DNA of 64,000 bases, taken from assembly GCA_963711565.1 (NCBI GenBank), contig CAVQEQ010000001.1, positions 128,001-192,000 of the forward strand, written 5' to 3'. Made by a program: the position numbers and the translations under genes. Source of the DNA: an uncultured delta proteobacterium (GTDB lineage Bacteria; Desulfobacterota; Binatia; Binatales; Binataceae). Every line of letters starts with the position of its first letter. The first letter of the stretch is position 1. A model generated the notes under the pieces. The model ran no database searches, was not told the DNA's origin, and worked only from the letters and a program-made list of their open reading frames with translations. Below are positions 20,337 to 30,894 of the stretch, piece by piece.

Positions 20337-22526
20337 TCATGGATGATCGTAGGCGATAATGTCTTCCATGCGCGGGAAAGACGAGATCGCGTGAGCCGCC
20401 AGTTTACCGGACATCACCGCCGCCTCGACGCATCCGACGTCGAATCCGCAACTAGTCCAATCGCCGGTGATCGTCAAGTTGTCATAAGTGTTATCCAGCG
20501 GCGATATTCTGTAACGGATGGTTCCAGGCAGCGACAGTATATAGCGTTCCGACGGATCGACGTTCGCGATCCAGTACTGTGTATCGAACAGCGACTTATC
20601 GGCCTTCGCCGGCGGCGAGGTATGCTTCTGATAGGGATCCATTAACAGCTCCCATCTGAAGTCCCCTTTACTGCCGATAGCCTTGGGCCAAAGCTGGCCG
20701 ATGTCGGAGTTGAGGAACCGAATCGCGTTGGTTCGTACGTCCAAGCGACGCGCCGCGGTATAACCTTCGCTGCCATAGCGTTCTTTCGCGGCGGATTCGG
20801 ATAACACACTGACGAAGTATGCAATCGCGCGCGGTTCGGTCGGCCACGTCTCCTGCCCTATCAGGTGGCCCATGTCGGCCCATGTATCGAACGGTTGAGC
20901 AAAGCCAGCGAGGCATACGGGAGGATAGTCCCATCCAAGTGCTTGCATGTCCTCACGCATCCAGATCTGGAATGCCTGCGTGGCGACAGTCTTCACTTGA
21001 GCCACCATGTCGCGCCATCGTTGATCGCGATCGAGTATCTCCTTGCAGGTGCAAGGCACGGCGCCAAGGCCGAGTCCGAAGACTACCACGTCGAAATCGA
21101 CGCCGACCCTAAGTGTCCTGGCCGCAACCTTGTTGGATTTCCAATTCGACTCGAAGTCCCACTTCTCGCGTTCAAGGCGTTTGCCGCCGACCAATTGGGA
21201 AAAGTCTGGTTTGGACGGCCAGCATGGAAGGCCGCGAATTTCCACCAGCGGTTGGTATTCCGCTCCTCGTTTAACCCGGGCCTGCACGTCGAACTCCAAT
21301 GCCTCGACATAAGGCCCTTCGCCTGGCAACTGCTTGGCCGGATCGGCCAGCTTCAAGTTCCTGAGTCTATGGAAGAACTCGAACGACACGCCTCGATTCT
21401 TCAGCACTTCGTATAGCGGCGCGAATACTATGTCTCCCATTCCCGCGCGCATTTTCCAGAAGAGAGAACCTCGCGCCGAGAAGAGCATGCGAAGCGTTCC
21501 ACGAAGTCCGACCCCAGCCGCATGACGCGGGCGGCTATAGTCTCCGTCTTCATATGCGAACGCCAGGTCGTAGGCACCTCGGAGCAGGGCCGAGTTGAGC
21601 GACCGCTCCGACGCACCGTTCAGCCTCAACCATTCGCGGACATCGTAGTCATTGATCGCGTCGAAACCACGCGGATCAGTGATCAACCCGAACCGCAACA
21701 CACCTAGAATCGAAGAAAGCGCCAGGTCTATGACTACCCAGCACCAATTCAATTCCGGATCGTCACCTACGATTAACTCGAGTTGACGACGCGAGCTGGT
21801 TGCCGCGGTTTCTACCAGCTTGGCTATCAGGTTGTCGGGATATAGTGGGAACGATCGGAAAGCCATCTCGAGCAACCCTGCGGCCTCCACCAGACCTGCG
21901 ACAGTCGCCAGGAGTCCGAATTTGAGCAACCGCGTGAGACCCTTGATGACTTCCTCAGCCGGTCGATTCGACGATTCACCGGTCCACCCGCGCCTATCGG
22001 TCCCGGCTTCATCTCCACTAGAGTCGCCGGTCCGGCGGCTCTGAATGGTTAGCAACAAGGTGCGCACGAGAACTGCGGTGCGAACCAGATAGGAAGTGAT
22101 CGTGAAAGGATTTGTATCCGTTAACGGGTCACCCGGCAGGCCGTCAGCCGGAGGGAAGTACGACATGAAGCTGAGCCACGAATCTCGCGAGTCCTGCTGG
22201 GTAACGGCAAGAAACGGCGCCGGCGAGAACGCATCGCGCCAGTCCGCGATTCGGTATCTCTCGGGATCTCGATTCAGCTCGGCGTAACACTCACGCACCA
22301 TCCGGAAGGCGTTCTCGTACGAGCCCATCCAGATGTGCAAGCCGTGCTCCTCGATGCGATCGGCCGGCCCTCGGCCCGAGGCTCCCTTCCCTCCAAGACG
22401 CCATCCTATCTGATAGACCGTTATCTGGTACTTTCCCCGATGCTCGGGACGGCTCAGCTCGAAGGCGGCCGCGATTGAAGAGCATCCGCCTCCAAGGATC
22501 GCGACCTTTATCGGCTTCGATACCAA
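20337..22526 (-). CDS. FAD/NAD(P)-binding oxidoreductase (amine oxidase / carotenoid-desaturase-like fold)
   Basis: ILGGGCSSIAAAFEL, RLGGKGAS, EHGLHIWMGSYEN and C-terminal GDWT...GCVEAAVMSG. Confidence 0.85.
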   Translation of the reverse strand: MVSKPIKVAILGGGCSSIAAAFELSRPEHRGKYQITVYQIGWRLGGKGASGRGPADRIEEHGLHIWMGSYENAFRMVRECYAELNRDPERYRIADWRDAFSPAPFLAVTQQDSRDSWLSFMSYFPPADGLPGDPLTDTNPFTITSYLVRTAVLVRTLLLTIQSRRTGDSSGDEAGTDRRGWTGESSNRPAEEVIKGLTRLLKFGLLATVAGLVEAAGLLEMAFRSFPLYPDNLIAKLVETAATSSRRQLELIVGDDPELNWCWVVIDLALSSILGVLRFGLITDPRGFDAINDYDVREWLRLNGASERSLNSALLRGAYDLAFAYEDGDYSRPRHAAGVGLRGTLRMLFSARGSLFWKMRAGMGDIVFAPLYEVLKNRGVSFEFFHRLRNLKLADPAKQLPGEGPYVEALEFDVQARVKRGAEYQPLVEIRGLPCWPSKPDFSQLVGGKRLEREKWDFESNWKSNKVAARTLRVGVDFDVVVFGLGLGAVPCTCKEILDRDQRWRDMVAQVKTVATQAFQIWMREDMQALGWDYPPVCLAGFAQPFDTWADMGHLIGQETWPTEPRAIAYFVSVLSESAAKERYGSEGYTAARRLDVRTNAIRFLNSDIGQLWPKAIGSKGDFRWELLMDPYQKHTSPPAKADKSLFDTQYWIANVDPSERYILSLPGTIRYRISPLDNTYDNLTITGDWTSCGFDVGCVEAAVMSGKLAAHAISSFPRMEDIIAYDHP

Positions 22527-22682
22527 CGACGAGCCCCCGTTTGATCAGAATGAATCGAACCGTGAAACAATCTACTAGCGCTTTGATTACGTCAAGCCTC
22601 CATCTCCGGTTGAATCGTTTGATCGCCGGATCAATCGTATTGCGGAGCAGCCACCGCCACAGCGGCCACGCTCGTGAAATGA

Positions 22683-23420
22683 ATGCCAGATCCAGGCGGA
22701 ATTCAGACGGAAAGCTCTAAAACACCGGCCCCGGAGCTGTCCTTAGATTCGCGCGCGGTCCAGGCACTACTGCTCGTGCTGAGCATCACCGCCGGATGCA
22801 CCAACGTCATCAGCTTCCTCGGCCTCGACGGCCTGTTCACCGCCCACATCACCGGCAACCTCGTCATCCTGGCCGCGCATATCGTCATCCGCGATCAGGC
22901 GTCGATAGCTCCGATGCTGTCGGTGCCAGTCTTCATTGTGGTAATCAGCTTGACGCGAGTGCTGGCAGGGCGCCTTGAGTCAATCGGCATCAGCGCACTT
23001 CGTCCGCTGCTGTTCCTTCAGTTCGTTTTGATCGCCGGATTTCTCGCGCTCTGCCTCGCGGCGGGCCGGCGCATCGATCCCAACGCGACCAACGCGATCA
23101 TCGCTGGCATGCTCGGTGTGTCGGCGATGGCGGTGCAGAACGCTCTCGTTCAGTTTTCGCTTAAGGGAGCACCTCCCACCGCAGTGATGACGAGCAACGT
23201 CACGCGCTTTGCGATGGACATAGGCGAGTTGCTGGCCGGGGACAATCCGGCTGCCGTCGCCGACGCGCGCAGAAATATGGCGCGCACGCTACCGGCGATA
23301 ATTGGTTTCGCCGTCGGCTGCGCCATCGGCGCGATCGCCGAGGCTAGATTCGGCCTGCGCTCGCTGATTCTGTCTGCTGCCCTCGCTCTGTTCGCATACG
23401 TCCTGGGATTCGCGGTGTGA
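22683..23420 (+). CDS. YoaK (DUF1275) family membrane protein
   Basis: FTAHITGNLV, AMAVQNA and TAVMTSN motifs; multiple TM helices. Confidence 0.9.
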   Translation: MPDPGGIQTESSKTPAPELSLDSRAVQALLLVLSITAGCTNVISFLGLDGLFTAHITGNLVILAAHIVIRDQASIAPMLSVPVFIVVISLTRVLAGRLESIGISALRPLLFLQFVLIAGFLALCLAAGRRIDPNATNAIIAGMLGVSAMAVQNALVQFSLKGAPPTAVMTSNVTRFAMDIGELLAGDNPAAVADARRNMARTLPAIIGFAVGCAIGAIAEARFGLRSLILSAALALFAYVLGFAV

Positions 23421-23522
23421 ACGGCGACGGCGGGGCGGAAGCCAGTCCGCTCAAACGCCCGTCCCCATCCTTCGCGTTGAGTCTGTTCGGAGAGCCAAAC
23501 GGGAAACGAAACCAGTCGCGAT

Positions 23523-24014
23523 CTATCTGGACGGAGTAGCCGCGTGCGAGGGACCGCTGAAGCAGCCAGCGCCAGCACACGCACCCAATCCGGCACCCGT
23601 AGCTACGAGCACTGCGGCTGCCCCGAGGGGTCCCCCTCCGAGATACCACGCGGCGCATGCACCCGGCGAATTCGACGAAGAAGACGCGACGGTGGCCGAT
23701 GACAATGACCAGTCTTCTGTCAGGCCTTGCGCCGGTACCGCGCTGCTCGTCGCTCCTGGCTGATAACCTGCTGGAGGATTCAACGCGGTCTTGTAGTCGC
23801 CCGGCGCGACACCTGTGATGCAATACCTGCCCGCATCATTGGTCGTCCCCTGGCCGACTACGGCTCCGCCCGCGTCCGTCAGGGTAACTTGGGCTCCTGC
23901 CACTGGGCCTTTGGGCCCGACCACTTCGCCAGTGACGTCAGAACAGAAAGCGACCGGCGCATGCGCGAGCCAAAGAGAGGCCAAGAAAAAAGCCGCGACA
24001 AATGATTTACTCAA
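23523..24014 (-). CDS. Secreted carboxypeptidase-regulatory-like (Ig/transthyretin-like) domain protein
   Basis: Signal peptide, PVAGAQVTL...TTNDAGRY...VAPGDY, and a hydrophobic Gly/Ala-rich C-terminal tail. Confidence 0.75.
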   Translation of the reverse strand: MSKSFVAAFFLASLWLAHAPVAFCSDVTGEVVGPKGPVAGAQVTLTDAGGAVVGQGTTNDAGRYCITGVAPGDYKTALNPPAGYQPGATSSAVPAQGLTEDWSLSSATVASSSSNSPGACAAWYLGGGPLGAAAVLVATGAGLGACAGAGCFSGPSHAATPSR

Positions 24015-24295
24015 TCGGCTGTCTCCAAATAAGAGCGATTTCAGTTATGATGATCCCACCCGCGTACAGGCCAATGATATAGAAGAAACCGTCATCTGTT
24101 GCAAGAGCAAGCTGCTCTTGCCTTACACCACTTTTAGAGTTTTTAGTAGCTTTTTGTAGCTGCGAGCTCGGGACCGCAATGTGGTGAAGGCACTACATGG
24201 CTACGCAATCCTCCATATAGCCTGCTCAGGCGAATCTTGATCAATCTGACTCCCAACCCTCTAATCCGAGCTTTCGCCAGCAATGGTGGGCTCGT

Positions 24296-25159
24296 TCAGG
24301 CGTCCAGCTTCAGTACCTTGCGGGCGTTGTCGCGCAGGAACTTCGGCCAGACCTTGTCAGTGAAGGTTACGGACTTCATGTCGGTCATGATTCGCTCAAG
24401 CGACAGGCCCATCGGGAAGTAGCCGGCGTAGATGATCCGGTCCGCGCCACGCGTATTCGCATAACGAATGATCGCTTCCGGGTAATGCTTGGGCGCGAAG
24501 GCGGAAGTCGAATAGTAGAGGTTGGGCCATTTCAGCATCAGCTTGATGGCCAAGTCTTCCCAAGGCTCGCAGCCGTGACGCGTCACAAAGACGAGCTCAG
24601 GGAAGTCGTACATCACCTGATCGATCAGGCGTACTTCCTGCGGCCACATCGGGAATCTCGGCCCCGGGACGCCGGCGCAGGCGAAGATCGGGACGCCCAG
24701 TTCAACGCACTTCGCGTAGATTGGGTACATCAGCGGGTCGGAGATACCGACTTGCGGATTGTAGCCCGCGTTGAACGCGCCGAAAGCGCGCACACCATAT
24801 TTTTCGTACTGCCGCATCATGTCGCGGATGCCGTCCATGCCGCGGTTCGGGTCCACGTTGCCCATGGCGATGAACCTGTCGGGATGGTCCTTGAGCGCCT
24901 TCGTTCCGACCTCGCCGCCGGCGCCGATGACGCCGATCTCAATGCCGAACCGATCCATCTCGTGCAAGGTCACAGAAATCGGATCTTTGGACGATCCGTA
25001 CAACTCCTTCGGCACGTTCTTGAACATGTACTCGACCGGGAAATCGAACTTCGCCGAAGGGTCCTTCAACTGTGCACGAATAAAATCGTACATTTTGAAA
25101 TCTTCGGCCGGGAAACCGATCATCGTATCGATTATCCCGATGTCGGTGGGCATCCCCAT
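24296..25159 (-). CDS. Amidohydrolase family protein (Amidohydro_2)
   Basis: PIYAKCVELGVP, FPELVFVTRHG, WPNLYYSTSAFAP and FLRDNA. Confidence 0.9.
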   Translation of the reverse strand: MGMPTDIGIIDTMIGFPAEDFKMYDFIRAQLKDPSAKFDFPVEYMFKNVPKELYGSSKDPISVTLHEMDRFGIEIGVIGAGGEVGTKALKDHPDRFIAMGNVDPNRGMDGIRDMMRQYEKYGVRAFGAFNAGYNPQVGISDPLMYPIYAKCVELGVPIFACAGVPGPRFPMWPQEVRLIDQVMYDFPELVFVTRHGCEPWEDLAIKLMLKWPNLYYSTSAFAPKHYPEAIIRYANTRGADRIIYAGYFPMGLSLERIMTDMKSVTFTDKVWPKFLRDNARKVLKLDA

Positions 25160-25162
25160 AAC

Positions 25163-26383
25163 TCAGGATGCCTCCTTAAGGGCGTCGCGGAAGAGATAGC
25201 AGGCGCTGTCACGGGGGATCTCTTCGCGCGGCAGCGGCGTTTCCACTTGAGCCGGCGTCGGGCCAACCTTCTCCGCCCGAAGCTTCAACTCCTTCAGGTC
25301 GAAGTTGTAGAGCGCCGCAGCATTCAAGCCCAGCACCTTTCGCCGGCGCGAGTCCGGCATGTCGCCGAACGTCAGGCGCAAAGATTGTAGGTTGTATGGG
25401 AAGGTACCCTCGTAGTGAGGATAGTCGTTGCCCCACAGGACGTGATCCTCACCAATCTCATCGATGCCGGCGAGATCGGCTTTGCTCGGAAAGCTCGCGC
25501 CGTAGTAGCAGTGACGCTTCGCATAGACGCTGGGCGGTTCTTTCAGTGGCGATTCCATTCCTGCGTAATTCATCTCACCCAGCGCGCCTGCCTTAATCGC
25601 GTAATAGGCACGGTCGAGCTGCTTGAGTACCTCTGGAACCCAGTAGCAGCCGGATTCGGTCAGGATGTGCTTGAGCTTCGGGAACTTCTCGTACACACCC
25701 GCCATCAGAAGGTGCCGGTAGCCGGCTTGACCGTAATAGGCCACGTCCTGGATCCAGATCGATTGGCCCACCACGTCGTCGCCGTAGTCCGGCAGGCCCT
25801 GACCTGTATGCTGATTGAGGACGAGGCCATGATCCTGAATAGCAGCGAACACGCGGTCCCACGCCGGATGGTACAGCGGCTTCAGCCAGTAAGCGTCCGG
25901 CGGGATGAGCGGCAGGAGGACGCCGCCGCGCAGCCCCGACTTGGCGATGAACCCGATATCCTTGATCGCCTCGTCGAAGTCGTTCGGCAGGATCAATCCA
26001 ATCCCGGCGCGGCGCACCGGGTCCTCGGCGCAGAAATCTTTCAGCCATCGATTGTGGGCGCGGATGCCGGCGAGGCATTGCTGGTAGTTTTCAGGCTTCG
26101 GCGGATGGGCCGTGACGATGCTCTTGCGATAGAACGGCGGCACAGTATTCGGGAATACCACTTCGCCGACGACGCCCTGGCTGTCCTGGTCTTTGTTGCG
26201 GATGCCGTAGTCCCAGTTGCGCATCTTCTTGGAGCCGTAGTGCTCCTGGGACGGGTTCTTATATCCGCCACGCCATTCGTCGAACGCCTCGCGCCACTGC
26301 GGGTCGAGGTATTCGCGATACTGGGCATGGCTACCGCCCCCGTGCGTGTCCGCGGTGATAAGTAGATAGGGCTCTTGGTTCAT
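25163..26383 (-). CDS. Amidohydrolase family protein
   Basis: TADTH, EVVFPN, FPKLKHILTE and WGNDYPHYEGT. Confidence 0.92.
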   Translation of the reverse strand: MNQEPYLLITADTHGGGSHAQYREYLDPQWREAFDEWRGGYKNPSQEHYGSKKMRNWDYGIRNKDQDSQGVVGEVVFPNTVPPFYRKSIVTAHPPKPENYQQCLAGIRAHNRWLKDFCAEDPVRRAGIGLILPNDFDEAIKDIGFIAKSGLRGGVLLPLIPPDAYWLKPLYHPAWDRVFAAIQDHGLVLNQHTGQGLPDYGDDVVGQSIWIQDVAYYGQAGYRHLLMAGVYEKFPKLKHILTESGCYWVPEVLKQLDRAYYAIKAGALGEMNYAGMESPLKEPPSVYAKRHCYYGASFPSKADLAGIDEIGEDHVLWGNDYPHYEGTFPYNLQSLRLTFGDMPDSRRRKVLGLNAAALYNFDLKELKLRAEKVGPTPAQVETPLPREEIPRDSACYLFRDALKEAS

Positions 26384-26519
26384 GTGGATCTCCTGTCCAT
26401 GGTCAAAACCTCACCCCGGATCTGCCAACGGAGCATCACGATCTGCGGCAGGCGCGCTACAAGAGCCGGGTCGTTAAGGCGACCATCCTCGCCCTACTAT
26501 CATAACTTCCAGCCACGCG

Positions 26520-27482
26520 TCACTCGGCATACCGGCGTTGCAACTGCGCCATTCGCCCAAACAGCTCAATGATCTTGCGTGGTGACTGATCGTCATTTAT
26601 CTCGCGAAAGATTGTATCCACCGTAACGGCCAGCCGCTCTGCATCTTCCCATGCGCCGAATGAACCGAGCGCTATGTCCTGCGCAGCCTCCCATGAATTC
26701 ATTCCCGCAGCGTGACGTTTGCGCGCTTCCTGGTCAACATAGACCAGATAGTCCTGCATCCGCTTGACGCCAGCCTTGTCGGTGATCGGACCATGGCCGG
26801 GGACAATCACGTCGGCGTCGAGTCCCAGGATTCGGTCACAGGCTTTGATCCAATTGCTTACGGGACCTGCCCATGCGATCGGAGTCCCGTCTATGAACAG
26901 AATATCGCCGGTGTAGACAACCCGATTTGCAGGGACAAAGGCGATCACGTCGCCCGCTGTGTGCGCCGGCCCGACCTGGATGAGCTTTATCTGCTTGTCG
27001 CCGACTTTGTGAGTTTCTTCTCCGGTGAAGGTCCGGTCGGGCAGCCTGAATGTCACCCCGGCGAAATCGAATGCTCCGAAGATTTTCTTGAAAAAGGCTC
27101 CAACCTCTCCCATCGCGGCGGTATTATTCATCAACTGCGCGAGCATCTGCGGACCGGCGTCTTCGCGCATTTCATGCGCAGCCGCTTCTGACGCGATAAT
27201 CACCGCATTTTTCGCGAGCCGATTGCCGAAGGTGTGATCGCCGTTCGAATGTGTATTCACCACCACGCCAATGCGATCGGCGCCAAAGCCGGTCGCGTCC
27301 TGCATCACCCCGAACATCTCGGCGGTCAACCGCTCGTCGAAGAGCGTATCGACCAACAGCGATTGATCTCCGTCGGTAATCAACCCTGCGTTGCTGTAGC
27401 CCCAGGTACCTGACGGCTGCAGGTATGCGTACGCGCCACGTCCAAGGTCATGCAGACCTTTAGTGAATTGCCATTTACTCAC
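26520..27482 (-). CDS. MBL-fold metallo-hydrolase
   Basis: THSNGDH, AHTAGD, GDILF and VPGHG; GTG start at 27482 follows AGGAG. Confidence 0.9.
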   Translation of the reverse strand: MSKWQFTKGLHDLGRGAYAYLQPSGTWGYSNAGLITDGDQSLLVDTLFDERLTAEMFGVMQDATGFGADRIGVVVNTHSNGDHTFGNRLAKNAVIIASEAAAHEMREDAGPQMLAQLMNNTAAMGEVGAFFKKIFGAFDFAGVTFRLPDRTFTGEETHKVGDKQIKLIQVGPAHTAGDVIAFVPANRVVYTGDILFIDGTPIAWAGPVSNWIKACDRILGLDADVIVPGHGPITDKAGVKRMQDYLVYVDQEARKRHAAGMNSWEAAQDIALGSFGAWEDAERLAVTVDTIFREINDDQSPRKIIELFGRMAQLQRRYAE

Positions 27483-27567
27483 GACTTCTCTCCTATGGTC
27501 CGAGCGCCGCCGCCAGGAACTTGTAGACCAGCGTACCGCGCGGAAAAACTCTCCGGCAATCTGACCC

Positions 27568-27765
27568 CTATTCGACGATTTCTTGCTTGAGGCTCTGGAC
27601 CAATGCGACAACGTCGCGCTGTTCGGCCTCCGGCACCTTGAACTTCGCCATGGTCGCCGCGGCGTGTCCGGGGAAAACGTTCCAGTCGCTCTCGCTGATC
27701 CTCGTGCCGCGATCCGCTAACAGCATTTCTCTTTTCCGGTAGTACAGAGGTCCACCTGGAACTGC
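27568..27765 (-). pseudogene. C-terminal remnant of a group I truncated hemoglobin
   Basis: Manual translation: AVPGGPLYYRKREMLLADRGTRISESDWNVFPGHAAATMAKFKVPEAEQRDVVALVQSLKQEIVE*, matching the trHbN pattern GGP..Y.GR.M...H.GM.I...DW. The proximal His is lost and the N-terminal half is missing. Confidence 0.75.
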
Positions 27766-27956
27766 TTACGATTGAATCCTCATGGGCTGGACTCTGTCTC
27801 CGGTGCCACTTGAGATGCAAACGGAGCCGATCTGCGAATTTGGACCTGGCGCGCCTTCCAGCGTCAACCGGAGCAGTGTTGTCGGTCGATTGGTCGGAGT
27901 ATTGACATCGAGGGACTTGAGGCCGCTCTGTCGGGAGTGATACGGAGTGAGGCCAA

Positions 27957-29632
27957 GTGATTCGTTCCCCCGATCTTTCAGAGAAGGCGCCCGACAGCAA
28001 CACCGACCGGCCCGAGTATGCCGCTTCCGTTCTGGTGGTTGGTGCCGGACCGACCGGGCTGCTACTCGCTGCGGAGCTTCATCGCCGCGGTGTGAATTGC
28101 CATCTGATCGATGCCCGGCCGAGGCCGCTCGATTGGGACCGTGCGACGGTGATCCATCCCCGCTCGCTGGAGCTGTTCGAGTCATTGGGACTTGTCGATA
28201 AGTTCCTGGGGCCGGCACGAAACAGCGGGGTGTAAAGATTCACTCGCGCGGCCGAGTCCTCGGCACGATGGATCTATCGGCGTGCGGAAGCATCTATGGG
28301 TTCAATCTCGGCCTGTCCGAGGAGGTCACCGAGTCCATCCTCACCGACTACCTTCAAGAACAAGGCGGCAAGGTGATTCGATCCTCGCGACTGGTAGGGC
28401 TTACTCCTTATCCCGACGGCGTCCCCGCCGAGATCGAGCGCGATGGAGCCCGCTACCAGATTGACTCTCGCTGGGTAGTGGGATGCGACGGCTTCCACAG
28501 TCCTACTCGCGAGCTCAGCGGCGTCAGCCTGGAAGGCCACGATATCGATAAGCCGTGGGCAGTCTTCGACGCTACGTTGCAAGGCTGGACCGGCGCGTTC
28601 GATTTCAATTTCGTCTACCTCGACACGCTTCCGGTCATTTTGACGGCACTCCCCGGTCGACGGTGGCGCGTCTACCTGAGGCCGAGCTCGGGGGAGTCGG
28701 ATTTGGTCGCCGAGGCCACCTTGACGATTAACCAATACGAAGCAGGCGCATCTTTCGTAGACGTAGAGAGTCCGACGCGATTCCAATGCCACGCCAAGGT
28801 GGCGACCCGGTTCCGATGGGGGCGCGTGTTGCTGGCCGGCGACGCCGCTCACCTTTGCTCGCCTGCTGAGGGACACGGCATGAACTGCGGATTGCAAGAC
28901 GCCGTTAATCTGGCCTGGAAACTGGCCCTGGTATGCCAAGGCGCCGCCGAATCGGCTCTACTCGATAGCTACGAGGCCGAGCGCCGCCCCGTCGCCGAGA
29001 CAGTTGCCAGATCCGGTGACGTCTCGGAGCAATCCCAAACGCTTACTGAACCAAAAGATCGCGAGCGCCGAGACAGAGCCTTGGGAGCCATGCTGGCCCA
29101 GCCAGCCGCGCGACATCACGAAGTTGTGGCCGAGGCAGAGCTGAACGTGGATTACTCCGGATCGCCAATCGTCTGCGGCGATGCCAATAGCCATCTCGCT
29201 GCCGGGCAACGCTTACCTGACACTATCACGGTTCGACCCTCCGGCGGGGAACCTTGTTGACTTCACAATCTGACCCAACGCGCCGGCCACACTCTCGTGC
29301 TTCTTGGTGGCGCAACTGGCCAGGGCTCCGAGCTCGCTTACGTCCTGGCCGCCTTGCAAAAGATTGCCGCCGACTCGCCAATATTCGAAGCGGCGGTCGC
29401 TTTCGGTGCGTCCAACGGTCTGCCCGGACAGATCGGGCACCTCGAAGTTGGTGCGGCTGACGAACTCGGCGTCGAGCGCATCACACTTCTGGCAGTGCGC
29501 CCGGACGGATACGTCGGCATGCGATCCGATCGAGATCACTTGGGCGCACTCGAGCGCTATCGCAGTCTGATTCGCGCCGAACACGTGATCAAACCGAGCT
29601 TCTCCCGACACACACGACGTGAGAATCTCTGA
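27957..29632 (+). pseudogene. Disrupted FAD-dependent aromatic monooxygenase (PheA/TfdB-like)
   Basis: VGAGPTG, GCDG, LAGDAAH, GMNCGLQDA and VRPDGYV are split over three ORFs, with a frameshift at the G-run near 28210 and an in-frame TGA at 29258-29260. Confidence 0.85.
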
Positions 29633-29646
29633 CCGCGAAGACTGGG

Positions 29647-29736
29647 TGGCGGAGAGGGAGGGATTCGAACCCCCGGAGCCGTTAGGCTCACCTGATTTCG
29701 AGTCAGGCCGGTTAAACCAAACTCCCGAACCTCTCC
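29647..29736 (-). tRNA. tRNA-Ser(CGA)
   Basis: Acceptor stem GGAGAGG/CCTCTCC, anticodon arm CCTGA-CTCGAAA-TCAGG, long variable arm, GGTTCGAATCC and encoded CCA. Confidence 0.95.
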
Positions 29737-29776
29737 GCGACAGACGAGCATCGATGTTTGCTCCTGCGCAGTCAAG
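29685..29776. repeat. 92-bp direct repeat, copy 1 (att site: tRNA-Ser 5' half plus promoter)
   Basis: Matches 32569-32660 with 2 mismatches. Confidence 0.92.
29747..29775 (-). promoter_or_regulatory. Putative sigma-70 promoter of tRNA-Ser
   Basis: TTGACT-17 nt-GATGCT lies 10 nt upstream of the tRNA 5' end and is duplicated in the second att copy. Confidence 0.55.
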
Positions 29777-29815
29777 GACCACCAAATTCAAGCCTGCTGC
29801 ATACATGGTGCAGTC

Positions 29816-30672
29816 ATGCAGGCAAGCTCCACAAACGGGCCGTACAGGCCGCCAGAGGCCGAAAGGAAGGCCAATTTCTCATCCGTGACTCCGACGTTAG
29901 AGGCTTTGCGCTTCGGGTCACTCCCAACGGCTCAAAGGCTTGGGTGTGGGATGGTCGCATTCATGGTCGGATGAATCGCATCACTATCGGGAAGTATCCC
30001 GACCTCAGCCTCTCCGAAGCTAAGGCGGAAGCTCTCAGGATTCGCCACGACATCGCTATCGGCATCGATCCCGCGCAAAAGCGAGAAAACGAACGCAAGG
30101 AACTTACTCTTAAAGACATAGCCAGCCAGTATCTCGAAAACCATGCACGAACACATAAGCGGTCTTGGCAACAAGACGACGACAGAATCCGACTCCATTT
30201 CAAAGTTCTGGCAGCTTACAAGCTTTCGGAAGTCATCCGCGAGATGGTCTCTGTGTGGCACCGGCGAATCGGCGAGAGGAGCGGACAGTACCAAGCCAAT
30301 CGATGCATGGCCCTGTTGTCTGCAATTTCTGCCTGGGCAATTCGGCTTAGCTACTGGCAAGGTCAGAATCCCGTCAAGGGAGTTCTTCACTTCCGCGAGG
30401 AGTCGCGATCGCGCTACCTGAATGCCGAAGAACTAACCCGCCTATGGAATGCGTTGGACTCCGAACGCTCCCCCTACTGGCGAACATATTTCAAGCTCGC
30501 CCTATTGCTCGGTATGCGTAAGAACGAGCTTCTACAAGCCCGTTGGGAAAATGTAAACCTGCCAGAGCGAATCTGGTGCCTACCGAAGACAAAATCAAAT
30601 AAGCCTCACCTGCTGCGCATTTCCGAGGCCGCGATCGATGGACCCTCGGCCCGTGGTCAAACTGCTGGGTGA
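29816..30672 (+). pseudogene. Truncated tyrosine integrase (arm-binding domain plus first half of the catalytic domain)
   Basis: DSDVRGFALRV...GKYPDLSLSEA arm domain, LGMRKNEL (catalytic R) and KTKSNKPH. It ends before HxxR and the catalytic Tyr, and the ATG near 29816 is out of frame. Confidence 0.88.
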
Positions 30673-30894
30673 TACCACTGTAGTCTTTCTCGGTACTAAC
30701 GATTGGAGCAACGGAACTGCGGAGCCGGCCTTTAAGATGCAATACCTTTTTGCAACGCGAGAATGCAGCAAAACCGCAAGTGGCCCATTCGTTGCAAAAC
30801 CGTTCGTTTATGCACGCCCTAGAGCCTAGACAGTCGGTGTTCAGGCAAGTTTCCGGTAACGCCACTTCAAGACCGCTTATCGGAATGTAAGCGC

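Noticed and set aside
14474-22526. Hopanoid or carotenoid biosynthesis locus
   Set aside because: No squalene/phytoene synthase or cyclase is present; reported instead as an uncharacterised cluster.
29258-29260. In-frame TGA after Cys as a possible selenocysteine codon
   Set aside because: The position is not catalytic in this family, I see no convincing SECIS hairpin, and the gene also has a frameshift; a CGA-to-TGA nonsense change is simpler.
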